A stretch of DNA of 64,000 bases from Candidatus Latescibacterota bacterium (GTDB lineage Bacteria; Latescibacterota; UBA2968; GCA-2709665). Position 1 is the first letter of the stretch. Each line of letters begins with the position of its first letter. A model generated the notes under the pieces. It made no database searches and was not told where the DNA came from. It worked only from the letters and a program-made list of their open reading frames with translations. Both the position numbers and the translations under genes were made by a program. The stretch spans positions 768,001 through 832,000 of the forward strand of contig OZ252100.1 of the NCBI GenBank assembly GCA_965248435.1, given 5' to 3'. Of the stretch, positions 1 through 9,107 are shown in pieces.

Positions 1-255
1 CATCGTCACGAAAAAGCCCACGATTTCGTCGATCACGACGTAGGACGGATCGTTTCCCCAGACCGCTTCGCCGGCGGAAGAAGCGTAGACCGCAATCAAA
101 AACAGGGGCAGGATGAGGAGGGCCCAGCCCAGCAGATTTAGAGGGGGAAGCAGACAGTAGATCCCAAGGGCGACGGCCGATCCAACGGTCCCTGGAGCGA
201 TATGGGCATAGCCAGCAAAGAAACCGGTGGCGATGAGCCGCGTGGCAAAATTCAA
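1..255 (-). CDS. pgpA: Phosphatidylglycerophosphatase A (partial, runs off window start)
   Basis: Manual translation from TTG at 255: MNFATRLIATGFFAGYAHIAPGTVGS...DPSYVVIDEIVG. Has the APGT and D-x-x-x-VVIDE motifs of PgpA and follows pgsA. Confidence 0.85.
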   Translation of the reverse strand, partial: MNFATRLIATGFFAGYAHIAPGTVGSAVALGIYCLLPPLNLLGWALLILPLFLIAVYASSAGEAVWGNDPSYVVIDEIVGFFVTM

Positions 256-280
256 GCCGACCTCGAGTTCACTCGCTCCA

Positions 281-916
281 TCAGCCCCGATTGTGGTCCC
301 AAAAGTACTTCACGCCCGATACCAGGGCCAGGAGGGTCACAGCCCCAACAAGCCCGTTCAACACGAGATGGGATGAGGCATCGACCAGGACAAGGGGTTG
401 GGCGCTCCACTGCGCCTCGACGACCCGGGTGCTGATAAAGACAAGGATGCCGAAGATGAGAACGTGCTGCAGAGCCGTCTTCCACTTGGCCAGCCTGGAG
501 GTCACGACAGGCTTTCCCCTGCGTATCCCGTAGATACGAAGCGCAGTAATAACAAAATCTCTGACCAACAAGACGACCACGAGCCACGCGTCCACCATCC
601 CCAGGAGAATGAAAGAGATCAGGGCGGAAGAGACCAGAATCTTGTCTGCGAGGGGATCCAGGAACCGTCCCAGCTCGGTCACCGTCCCCTGGCGCCTGGC
701 GATCCACCCGTCGAAGTCAGTCAGCGACGCCACAGCGAAGACGAGAAGCGCCACGTGCTTCCAGACCAATCCGTCCGCGAAGATCAGCGCGAGAAAGACC
801 GGCGTCAGCGCGATTCGGATCACGCTCAACACATTGGGGAGCGTAACCAATTTGCCCGACCGACCGGATTCGGGCAGACCTTCTGCTGTCCGATCCAATG
901 TTTGGGCCTGCTCCAC
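281..916 (-). CDS. pgsA: CDP-diacylglycerol--glycerol-3-phosphate 3-phosphatidyltransferase
   Basis: PNVLSVIR, DGWIARR..G...LGRFLDPLADK and RDF motifs. Start inferred at GTG 916, just after the recR stop. Confidence 0.85.
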   Translation of the reverse strand: MEQAQTLDRTAEGLPESGRSGKLVTLPNVLSVIRIALTPVFLALIFADGLVWKHVALLVFAVASLTDFDGWIARRQGTVTELGRFLDPLADKILVSSALISFILLGMVDAWLVVVLLVRDFVITALRIYGIRRGKPVVTSRLAKWKTALQHVLIFGILVFISTRVVEAQWSAQPLVLVDASSHLVLNGLVGAVTLLALVSGVKYFWDHNRG

Positions 917-918
917 GC

Positions 919-1512
919 CTAAAGCTCCCTTCGCCCTTCCAGAGCGCGTGACAGAGTCACCTGATCTGCGAGCGCCAGGTCGCTCCCGACGGGCAGTCCT
1001 CGGGCAATCTGTGTGATGTGCACCTTGAACGGCTCCAGACACTGTTTGAGATATTGTGCCGTGGCATCCCCTTCCACCGTCGGACCGTTTGCAAGAATCA
1101 CCTCCTGCACGTTTCCCTTTTCCAGCCGAGCCAGCAGTTCCCGGATATGCAGGTGCTCTGGCCCGACCCCATCCAGCGGGGAAATCCGTCCGTCCAGCAC
1201 GTGGTAGACGCCTCGATGTGCGCGGGCGTACTCGATGGCCAGAAGGTCACCTACGGTGTCGACGACCATCACCGTCGAGTGATCCCGGTTTGGATTCGAA
1301 CAGATGTCACAAGGATCTTGCTCAGTCAGACTGAAACAGATGGAGCACTGCTTAACCCGCGTCTTCACCTCCATAATCAACTCGGTAAGCGCGTGAACCT
1401 CTTTCGTATCCCACGTCAAGATCTCGAGGGCGATCCGTCTCGCCGATTTTTCTCCGATGCCCGGCAGCCGGTTCAATCCTGAAATCAACCTGTCGATGAC
1501 ATCGGACGCCAC
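919..1512 (-). CDS. recR: Recombination mediator RecR
   Basis: LPGIGEKSARR HhH, CSIC..CDIC zinc finger, Toprim EVILA..EGDATA. Confidence 0.97.
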   Translation of the reverse strand: MASDVIDRLISGLNRLPGIGEKSARRIALEILTWDTKEVHALTELIMEVKTRVKQCSICFSLTEQDPCDICSNPNRDHSTVMVVDTVGDLLAIEYARAHRGVYHVLDGRISPLDGVGPEHLHIRELLARLEKGNVQEVILANGPTVEGDATAQYLKQCLEPFKVHITQIARGLPVGSDLALADQVTLSRALEGRREL

Positions 1513-1528
1513 TGCGCACCCTCCCGAC

Positions 1529-1861
1529 TCAGATCAACCCGGGCAGATTCATCCCGGGGGGGATCAAACCGGCCGTTGCCTTCTGCATCTCCTGTTCGGC
1601 CAGCTCCTGGGACTTTCTCCTGGCTTCCTGCGCGGCTGCAAGGATCAGGTCTTCGAGCATCTCCACGTCTTCCCGATCCACGACTTCGGGATCGATTTTG
1701 ATACCCACGATCTCCTGCTGGCCGTTCGCCGTCACGACGACGACGCCTCCCCCGGCCGTCCCTTCAACGCGCTTTTCAGCGAGCTCTTCCTGAATTCCGG
1801 CCAGCTTCGACTGAAGCTTCTGGGCCTGCTTCATCATAGAGCCAACGCCTTTGGCCATCAA
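1529..1861 (-). CDS. ybaB: YbaB/EbfC nucleoid-associated protein
   Basis: MKQAQKLQ..GGGVVVVTANG..EMLEDLILAA; lies between dnaX and recR. Confidence 0.95.
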   Translation of the reverse strand: MMAKGVGSMMKQAQKLQSKLAGIQEELAEKRVEGTAGGGVVVVTANGQQEIVGIKIDPEVVDREDVEMLEDLILAAAQEARRKSQELAEQEMQKATAGLIPPGMNLPGLI

Positions 1862-1873
1862 TCCTCTCCTTTG

Positions 1874-3568
1874 TCAGGACCGAACGATCTCTCCATCCAG
1901 GATCTTCAGGGCCATCTGTACATCCTCATCCGTTTCGGGATCGTAGGCTTCGTCGCGCGGCCCATCTCCCCCACCCTCGTCGACGACCTCGCAGGCGATC
2001 CTGATCTCAGCCCCGTAATACGCCGTCGCGGCGCCTTCCACCATCTCCCGGTTCCGCGTGACCTGATTGGCGTGAAAGGCGCTGCTATGAGGGAAGGCAA
2101 GGGTCATCTTCAAGCCGTCGAAGGCCCTGGGTTTCCCTTCTGTCAGAAACGTTCCGACGGAAATCTTCTGTGCTTTGACTGCGTCTACAAGGCCATCCCA
2201 CCCTGACTGAATGCCTTCAAGCGTGACGTTGCCCTCTTGAGCGTTTGAACGCGAAACATCAGGTTCACTCGTTGACGCACCCTCAGGCGTTCGCGCATCC
2301 TCCACCCGCTCGGGCGGAGCGGCAGGAGGACCGGGGTCTTCAGCTGGCGGTTTGGCCTCAGAAAGGTGAGGCGGCGGTTCAGTCGAACGTATTCGCTTTG
2401 CAGTCGGCTGGCCGGTCCGCCCCTTCAGTTCTGCCTCCAGCCGATCCAGCTTGGCAATGACCTCCTCCACCGAAATCGTGGACGTCATCTTGACCAACTT
2501 CATCACCGTCAGCTCCAGCCAGAATCGGGGATTGGAGACCCGACCCAGGTTCAGCTCCAGATCCGAAACGATCTGAAGCATTCGGAGGAGATCGTCTTCC
2601 TTGAATTCCTTGGAGACATCCAGAAACCTCGCCTGGTCCGCTTCGGCAATGTCTTCTTCCTTCAGTCCACCCGAGACGCAGGAGACCATGAGCAGTCTGA
2701 GGTGTTCCAGAAGCCCGTCGATGAACTCTCCGACGTCGCCTCCTTCGTCCACAACCCGCCCAACCAGATCGAGGGCATTCCGTCCGTCCCCCTCCTGAAC
2801 CGCGTGCAGAAGCTCAAAATAGACATCCCGAGGAATGATGCCCAGCATATCCCGAACGGCATCTGCCGTCACACCTCCATCGCAGAACGACGCGACCTGG
2901 TCGAGCAGTCCCTGCGCGTCTCGCATCGCCCCATCGGCCCTTCGGGCGATCATGAAAAGCGCCTCCTCCTCTGCCTGCTTCCCTTCATCGGTCTTTCTCA
3001 GATGGGAGGCGATGTCGCCTGTCGGGATACGGCGGAAGTTGTATCGCTGGCACCTGGAAAGGATCGTCTCCGGCACTTTGTGAGACGCGGTCGTGGCAAA
3101 CACGAAGACGACGTGCGAAGGAGGTTCTTCGAGCGTCTTCAGCAACGCGTTGAACGCCGGGTCGGTCAACATGTGGACTTCGTCGATGATGTAGACCCTG
3201 CGCTTCCCTTTGGAGGCCGCGTATCCAACTTCCTCGCGGAGCTGCCGGATCTCATCGATCCCCCGGTTGGATGCTCCGTCGATCTCCAGTACATCCATGC
3301 TCTTTCCGTCGGCGATCGCACGACAGTAGGCGCACTCCCCGCAAGGATCAGGCGTGGGTCCGTTTTCGCAATTCAGGGCCTTGGCCAGCAGTCTCGCCGT
3401 CGTCGTCTTGCCAGTGCCCCTGGGTCCCGAAAAGAGATAGGCGTGGGCAACGCGATCCGCACGCACCGCGTTCTGCAGTGTCTTGACAATGTGCTCCTGC
3501 GCCACCACGTCCCCAAAGCGTTGGGGACGCAGTTTGCGTGCAGTGACTTCAAATGCTTCCCGTGGCAA
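1874..3568 (-). CDS. dnaX: DNA polymerase III subunit gamma/tau
   Basis: HAYLFSGPRGTGKTT Walker A, IIDEVHML, KTLEEPP, SRCQ. Confidence 0.97.
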   Translation of the reverse strand: MPREAFEVTARKLRPQRFGDVVAQEHIVKTLQNAVRADRVAHAYLFSGPRGTGKTTTARLLAKALNCENGPTPDPCGECAYCRAIADGKSMDVLEIDGASNRGIDEIRQLREEVGYAASKGKRRVYIIDEVHMLTDPAFNALLKTLEEPPSHVVFVFATTASHKVPETILSRCQRYNFRRIPTGDIASHLRKTDEGKQAEEEALFMIARRADGAMRDAQGLLDQVASFCDGGVTADAVRDMLGIIPRDVYFELLHAVQEGDGRNALDLVGRVVDEGGDVGEFIDGLLEHLRLLMVSCVSGGLKEEDIAEADQARFLDVSKEFKEDDLLRMLQIVSDLELNLGRVSNPRFWLELTVMKLVKMTSTISVEEVIAKLDRLEAELKGRTGQPTAKRIRSTEPPPHLSEAKPPAEDPGPPAAPPERVEDARTPEGASTSEPDVSRSNAQEGNVTLEGIQSGWDGLVDAVKAQKISVGTFLTEGKPRAFDGLKMTLAFPHSSAFHANQVTRNREMVEGAATAYYGAEIRIACEVVDEGGGDGPRDEAYDPETDEDVQMALKILDGEIVRS

Positions 3569-3665
3569 ACTGTTCTCCGAACGAGATAGGATGTGATTAT
3601 CGAGACGAAGCCCACAGCCGCGGTCTGTGGGCTGCCGTCCGATATACGAAATACGATGTTTTTAC

Positions 3666-3939
3666 GGCCGTGCACCCAGCTTCGATCCCTCATCCCGGCG
3701 GGCTCAAAAAGCGCCAGCTCCCACCAGGTCGCCCTGCGGCACACAGGCCGAACCGCCTACCGCTGCTACCTTCCGGTCCTGACGGGGTTTGGCGAAGGCC
3801 CATTGCGCAGGACCTGGCGATCGACACCGCTTTCTTTCTGAACCGCAACCCGGAATGCGAGACCTCAGGCGTGGGAATTCGACCCCGCTAAGCGGATTGC
3901 GGGTAACAGGGCACCGCTACCTCCCCATCTAGCACGGCC
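3666..3939 (-). ncRNA. ffs: Signal recognition particle RNA, large (Alu-containing) type
   Basis: Reverse strand begins GGCCGTGCTAGATGGGGAGGTAGCGGTGCCCTG, contains the helix-8 motif TCAGGACCGGAAGGTAGCAGC, and closes with GCACGGCC. Sits upstream of dnaX. Confidence 0.93.
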
Positions 3940-3947
3940 ATAAATCG

Positions 3948-3977
3948 CGTCGTTCGTCGCTCGTCTATCGTGGATCG
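3948..3977. repeat. Period-7 tandem array (CGTCGTT-like), left arm of an inverted pair
   Basis: cgtcgtt cgtcgct cgtctat cgtggat; inverted partner gcgaacgacgaacgacga at ~4369-4386. Confidence 0.7.
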
Positions 3978-4009
3978 CAACCGGATTCTCACTGGGGCTG
4001 GTTGCAACG

Positions 4010-4351
4010 TCAACTCCTGAGCCGTTTTATAAGATTGGTGAGCATCCGGCTCTCGTGATCGATGCTGTCTTCCAGATTAGAAAAACCCTCGTCGCTCACG
4101 AACTCTCTCCGACGTGCGATGATAAGCTGCGTCTCTAATTCCGAACAAGAACCGAGTGCTACGTAACAAAACTGGTATTCTTTGGAATACAGGCGTGCAA
4201 ACCTTCTGCTATGTTCGATGGAATCGAGATGGCCGTTCTCTGCATATGTGGTGCTAATCCGTATGTCTCTTCTTTGCGAAAGTCTTTCGCCGCGTCATAA
4301 ACAAGATCTACGATCTCGATCCCTTTTTTCTTTATAGCTCTTTGCTCTCAC
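4010..4351 (-). pseudogene. Four helix bundle protein (23S rRNA IVP-like), frameshifted
   Basis: Manual translation across two frameshifts: VRAKSYKE/KGIEIVDLVYDAAKDFRKEETYGLAPHMQRTAISIPSNIAEG/ARLYSKEYQFCYVALGSCSELETQL..LRS*. Has the SIPSNIAEG and GS.SELETQ signatures. Confidence 0.85.
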
Positions 4352-4432
4352 ATTGTGTATCCCCGCTTGCGAACGACGAACGACGATCCGGTCGTGTCCG
4401 TTAGGACACGACCCACGATCTGCGGGTTTTGA

Positions 4433-4509
4433 TGGTGGAGCAGATGGGGCTCGAACCCACGACCTCCAGAGTGCGATTCTGGCGCTCTCCCAAACTGAGC
4501 TACTGCCCC
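4433..4509 (-). tRNA. tRNA-Ala(CGC)
   Basis: GGGGCAGTAGCTCAG..CCAGA AT CGC AC TCTGG..GGTTCGAGCCC..CTCCACCA. Confidence 0.93.
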
Positions 4510-4518
4510 ACCCAAAAC

Positions 4519-4893
4519 TCACGCAGCCTCGATGATGATCCCCTCCCCCGATGAGACGGTTTTCAATACGGTGGTATCCCCAATCACGCGGCCGATCGGG
4601 TTGACCGGACTCGCCGGCCTGATCTCATCCCCCTCGCTGGCGGGCGTTTTTCCGAAAAAGATACAAAATGCCTTTCCGGGGGGCCAGTAGCCAAGGTCCC
4701 CCAGATCCACGGTTTCGACTGCATTTTCCGGATCCGCCGTCACAGGAATCGAAAAATAGATCTCATCACCCCAGGTATTGAAGCTGCCTTCTTCGATCGG
4801 AAGCTCGCTGGCAATCTGGCGCGCTGTCTCTGAATCATTCAGCTCGGCATCCAGGACGGTCGAACCGACGCGTATCTTTATCGGAAATGCCAA
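4519..4893 (-). CDS. Cyclophilin-like fold protein (TM1367/DUF369-like)
   Basis: WGDEIYF, GDLGYWPPGKAFCIFFGKTP, PASPVNPIG motifs. Confidence 0.8.
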   Translation of the reverse strand: MAFPIKIRVGSTVLDAELNDSETARQIASELPIEEGSFNTWGDEIYFSIPVTADPENAVETVDLGDLGYWPPGKAFCIFFGKTPASEGDEIRPASPVNPIGRVIGDTTVLKTVSSGEGIIIEAA

Positions 4894-5055
4894 GGTGATG
4901 TCCCAAGGGGAATGTTTTGACGCGTCGAAAGAACAGACCTTTCAATCCGTTCGCGATTGCCCTCGGCGACTATCCTGAGAGTTGACTCACTTAACGGAAA
5001 TCGATCTCCCCGCGGGCGGCAACCATGCAAAAAGTCTTCCACTCGAAAAGGATGC

Positions 5056-5145
<90 letters not shown>

Positions 5146-5149
5146 GTGA

Positions 5150-6316
5150 TCACATCATCCTCTTTCTGACTTCAAGGGGCTCGACAACCTCTCCCGCTCG
5201 AATCGTGACCACCGGCTCCCAGATACCGCCTTGACGCTCCTGGCCCGGCACGTCGCGCAGGGTAAAGGGACCCGCGTTCCACCGCACGACGCTGACATCC
5301 GCGCATTGACCTTCAACCAGCGACCCGATCGTTTCGTTCAGTCGGAGTACCTCTGCTGGTCGGCGGGTCACGCGGGGCAGGATATCCGCTTCCGCCATGC
5401 CAACGGCCCGCAGCTTCGACATCACCAGCAGAAGATCGTGCTGTGGCACGCCTCCGATGTGACGTCGCTGGAGGTCCGTCGAAATCGTATCGGGGAGGAA
5501 GCCGTCGGAGATGGCGGTCTCCGCGACCTGAAAATCGAACGATCCAAATCCGTGGCCGACGTCGAACAGCACCCCACGCTCCCGTGCGTCCCATACGCAA
5601 TCACGCACCCGGCCCTCGTGGACGATTTGCTGGCCCCATCCGTGGAGGCAGTAGGTCACGACATCCCCTCCCCTCAACATCCCCAGCTGTTCATCCAACG
5701 CCCAATCCGTACTGCCTCGCGTCCCGAAAAGCAGCGGCAGGCCTGTTCGCTCCGCTGCTTCCAGCGCACGACGAGTGATCTCACGCGGGTCGTTGTCACC
5801 GCAGACGGTATCATACACGTTGATCGAGATGCCCCAGATCGATCCCTCGGCCTGCTCGATCGTGCGGACGCACGCCTCGACGTCTGCCTCTTGAAGGTCC
5901 GCGAAATAGCCCTGCTTTTCCTCGCCGCACGCGGCAAGGTTGAGCGCCGGAACGACCCGCGTGCGCACACCACGAATCACGTGATCTCGGTAGTCGGACC
6001 AGTTGCCCGCCCCGGCGTCTCCCTGAGAGAGAACGGTCGTGACCCCGCGAGACAGCATGAACAGATCGGGGTCTACGCCGACTCGCGTCTCGCCCAGGTC
6101 GGGATGCGCGTGCAGGTCCACGAGCCCCGGCAGGATCAGATCGTCCGGAAACTCCAATGTCTGCCGAGCAGGAACCGTCGTAGTCTCAGGGACGTCATCC
6201 AATGCAGCCGCGATTCGGTCTCCCCGAATCGCGATCGCCCCCGGATGATCAACCCCGCTCTTCGGACAGACCAGCCGCCCGGCTCGCACAACAAGGTCGT
6301 AGGGCGGTTCGGTCAT
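5150..6316 (-). CDS. Amidohydrolase family protein (dihydroorotase/deacetylase-like)
   Basis: PGLVDLHAH, FDVGHG.GSF, PDTISTD. Start trimmed to MTEPP because the longer ORF overlaps a tRNA. Confidence 0.85.
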   Translation of the reverse strand: MTEPPYDLVVRAGRLVCPKSGVDHPGAIAIRGDRIAAALDDVPETTTVPARQTLEFPDDLILPGLVDLHAHPDLGETRVGVDPDLFMLSRGVTTVLSQGDAGAGNWSDYRDHVIRGVRTRVVPALNLAACGEEKQGYFADLQEADVEACVRTIEQAEGSIWGISINVYDTVCGDNDPREITRRALEAAERTGLPLLFGTRGSTDWALDEQLGMLRGGDVVTYCLHGWGQQIVHEGRVRDCVWDARERGVLFDVGHGFGSFDFQVAETAISDGFLPDTISTDLQRRHIGGVPQHDLLLVMSKLRAVGMAEADILPRVTRRPAEVLRLNETIGSLVEGQCADVSVVRWNAGPFTLRDVPGQERQGGIWEPVVTIRAGEVVEPLEVRKRMM

Positions 6317-6411
6317 CGAAGGTCCGTGTGCGACACGACAGAAACTTGGTTGATCGAAGGATTTGGAGCGACGGATGGGGAGATCCGCCCGTGTCGATGT
6401 CCAGCATGAGG

Positions 6412-6501
<90 letters not shown>

Positions 6502-6516
6502 AAAAAGCAAAAGAAG

Positions 6517-6630
6517 GTATCTCGTATTTCGTAACTCGTATCTCGTATCTCGGGGCGCACACCATAGCCAGTCAGAACTCGCTACCCCTTCACCTCGCGA
6601 ATCGACGAGATACGTTTCACGAGATACGAC
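6517..6630. repeat. Inverted pair of period-7 arrays (GTATCTC)n...(GAGATAC)n with short spacer
   Basis: gtatctc gtatttc gtaactc gtatctc gtatctc at 6517-6551; gacgagatacgtttcacgagatacgac at 6604-6630. Confidence 0.85.
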
Positions 6631-6631
6631 C

Positions 6632-7060
6632 TTATCGCCGATCTTTGAAGAACGCCTTTAGCATTTCCGAACAAGGCCTTTCGAGGACGCCGCTTCGAAC
6701 TTCCAGTCGGTGGTTCAGCCGACGATCCTCCACGACATTTCTAAGCGATCCACACGCGCCCGACTTCGGGTCCTTCGCGCCAAACACAAGCCTCGAAACG
6801 CGGGCAAGCACGAGTGCCCCGGCGCACATCGCGCAGGGCTCCAACGTGACGTAGATCGTCGCCCCTTCCAGTCTCCACGACTGGAGGGATTCCGCTGCGG
6901 CACGGATAGCCAGCATCTCAGCGTGCGCCGTCGGATCCTGGTTCGTGCGCGTGAGATTGTGGCCTCGACCGACGGCCTCGCCGCCCAGAAACAGGACGGC
7001 GCCGACACACACCTCACCTTTCTGAGCGGCAGCCTTCGCCTCATCCAGCGCGAGCTGCAT
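6632..7060 (-). CDS. tadA: tRNA adenosine(34) deaminase
   Basis: DPTAHAE, TLEPCAMCAGA, DPKSGA. Confidence 0.95.
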   Translation of the reverse strand: MQLALDEAKAAAQKGEVCVGAVLFLGGEAVGRGHNLTRTNQDPTAHAEMLAIRAAAESLQSWRLEGATIYVTLEPCAMCAGALVLARVSRLVFGAKDPKSGACGSLRNVVEDRRLNHRLEVRSGVLERPCSEMLKAFFKDRR

Positions 7061-7141
7061 TCCCGCTTCGTCTACGTCCAGAGGACCTTCCTCGATCTAA
7101 GTCATTGAACCTTCGAGACTCAGCCCTGCGCGGAATGAATT

Positions 7142-7170
7142 AATATACTGATTTCGCGAAACCAGGTCAA
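7142..7170 (-). promoter_or_regulatory. Sigma70-like promoter for tadA
   Basis: TTGACC-N17-TATATT on the minus strand. Confidence 0.5.
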
Positions 7171-7289
7171 ATAAGATTGCCGGCGAAAAAACTGGCGTAA
7201 CTCCTTGTGGGAGCAAGAAAAACGTCAAATCGAACGCTGATTGCTTCTGCTGCCGAAGGGGTCCAGGAATTGGTGCTGAATCACGGGGA

Positions 7290-8591
7290 TTACAGCCTGC
7301 AGCAAAACAGAGGGATCAGCATCTCGTGTTGACTCAGTCCGCCGTGCCTCCCGCCTACCAGGTCGGAGGGTGCGGCGCCTTTCCAGTAAGGATAAAAAAA
7401 GGCGTTTGTTTGTCTCGTCAGCAGCAAAAGATCTCCGATTCGCTCGTTGACATCGGGCCGAATCGGTCCAGGGCCCCAAAGGCCACCCCTGAGCGCATCT
7501 CTCGAAGACAACACGACTGCGCGGTCCCCGAGGGCCTTTCTCATATATGCCCTGGACTCAAGAGTGCAGCCGTGGTTGAGGTAGAGGTATGATGACCTGC
7601 CCGTCCCGGTAGGCGGGAGTCTGAGCTCGTCCCTGAGCCGCTTGAACCGGGGGACCGAAATGACATCCTGAGCCTCCACGCCGACGTGTCCGTGGTCCGA
7701 CATGAACAGCAGACCTGCTCGGCTTCCTCTGCGGCCTCCAAGCGGCCGGAGCAGCTCCTCTTGAAGCGAAAAGCAGAAGCTTCTCAACTCGGCTTCCGGC
7801 TCTCTCCCATCTGTGCCATAGTTGTGCAGAATCGTGTCGAGGGCACCCCAGTAGGCCCAGATACACGCCGGCTCCTCTGGATCGGTCTCCACTAACTTTC
7901 TGATCTGCACGAACATGTCGGATGAACTCACGAAGGGAACGACCCGCGTCGCGCCGTCGTAGAGCATCTGCGAGAGTCCGCTTCGACTGATCGCGTCTCG
8001 TATGAGGCAGGTGGACGGAATCCCGGCGCGCTTCAGGTATGTGTGAACGGTTGGCACGCCCAGGAGCGCTTCCCCGTCACCGGGGTAACGCAACAGTCGT
8101 GTGGGCCGTTCGTCCGACTCGGGGCTCAACCGGATCATATTCGCGATGAATCCGCGCTCGGGCAGGTACATCCGATAGCCTGTGATGCCGTGTCCAGTCG
8201 GTGGGAGTCCGGTGTGAAGCGTGGAGATCGCCACGGCAGTCGTTGAAGGAAAGACGGAGGTCAGAGGAACAAATCGCCCCTTGCGAGCGAGTGTGTTCAG
8301 AGCCAGCCCCCTGTCTTCGGCCATCTGTTTCTGTGCTGCGAGAAAGCCGAGGGCGTCCATCAGCAACACGACGAGCTTCCGACATCCCTTCAGCTGATCC
8401 CCAAGCGCTTCCTGAGCGAGAGGCGGCGTCGGGAATCCTTTGACGCCGAAGTGGGACAGAACCGTCGCCGGCACATTGGCCAGGCTGTACCCATCATACG
8501 CCGGCAGGACGAACTCGTCCGGCAGCCGTTCGCCAGCTAACGTCGCGGGACGCTTGAGTCGCTTCAGAATCTGTCGGGCGATCTTGTTCAT
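7290..8591 (-). CDS. Alkaline phosphatase superfamily (nucleotide pyrophosphatase/phosphodiesterase)
   Basis: LLMDALG, SVFPSTT, HGITG, SDHGH, HGGLS. Confidence 0.85.
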   Translation of the reverse strand: MNKIARQILKRLKRPATLAGERLPDEFVLPAYDGYSLANVPATVLSHFGVKGFPTPPLAQEALGDQLKGCRKLVVLLMDALGFLAAQKQMAEDRGLALNTLARKGRFVPLTSVFPSTTAVAISTLHTGLPPTGHGITGYRMYLPERGFIANMIRLSPESDERPTRLLRYPGDGEALLGVPTVHTYLKRAGIPSTCLIRDAISRSGLSQMLYDGATRVVPFVSSSDMFVQIRKLVETDPEEPACIWAYWGALDTILHNYGTDGREPEAELRSFCFSLQEELLRPLGGRRGSRAGLLFMSDHGHVGVEAQDVISVPRFKRLRDELRLPPTGTGRSSYLYLNHGCTLESRAYMRKALGDRAVVLSSRDALRGGLWGPGPIRPDVNERIGDLLLLTRQTNAFFYPYWKGAAPSDLVGGRHGGLSQHEMLIPLFCCRL

Positions 8592-8606
8592 AGATGCATC
8601 AAAATC

Positions 8607-8750
8607 TGGAGTGTTGGGGGAATTGAGTAATCAAGAAAAGAGTAGCTAGTGTTGGGGGAATGGGGTGTTGGAGCAATGGAGTGTTGGAAAATCAAGGCTA
8701 AGATACTCGTTTTTCCCAATCCTCCAACACTCCAATACTGCAATACTCCA
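8607..8750. repeat. Inverted pair of period-8 arrays (TGGAGTGT)n...(TCCAATAC)n
   Basis: tgggggaa tggggtgt tggagcaa tggagtgt versus tccaacac tccaatac tgcaatac tcca. Confidence 0.8.
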
Positions 8751-9107
8751 GATTCGCTTTGTGTCGTCTACTGCCGCCCTATTGCGGCACTCGCATCTTT
8801 TCGGATACGATTTCGGCCTCGGTCCTTCTTCTCACGCTAAGATCGTTAAATGATATAAGTGGTTTATAATTAAATATTTAACGTATAAAATCGCTTGAGG
8901 GGAATCTAGTCCACTGACTCGGCATAGCCTTTGCAATAATCTCACATAGCCATCACAATCATCAGTTATATTATCCAATGAATTGCAGGCTGGGAACAAC
9001 TGCGTTGAGGTTGCATCCCGTGCCCCGGGATGCGTAAAACGCTGGGGGCATAGATTTGATTCAGGATAGGTCAACGTTTTAGAAACTCGATAAGGAGGGA
9101 AGAGACA

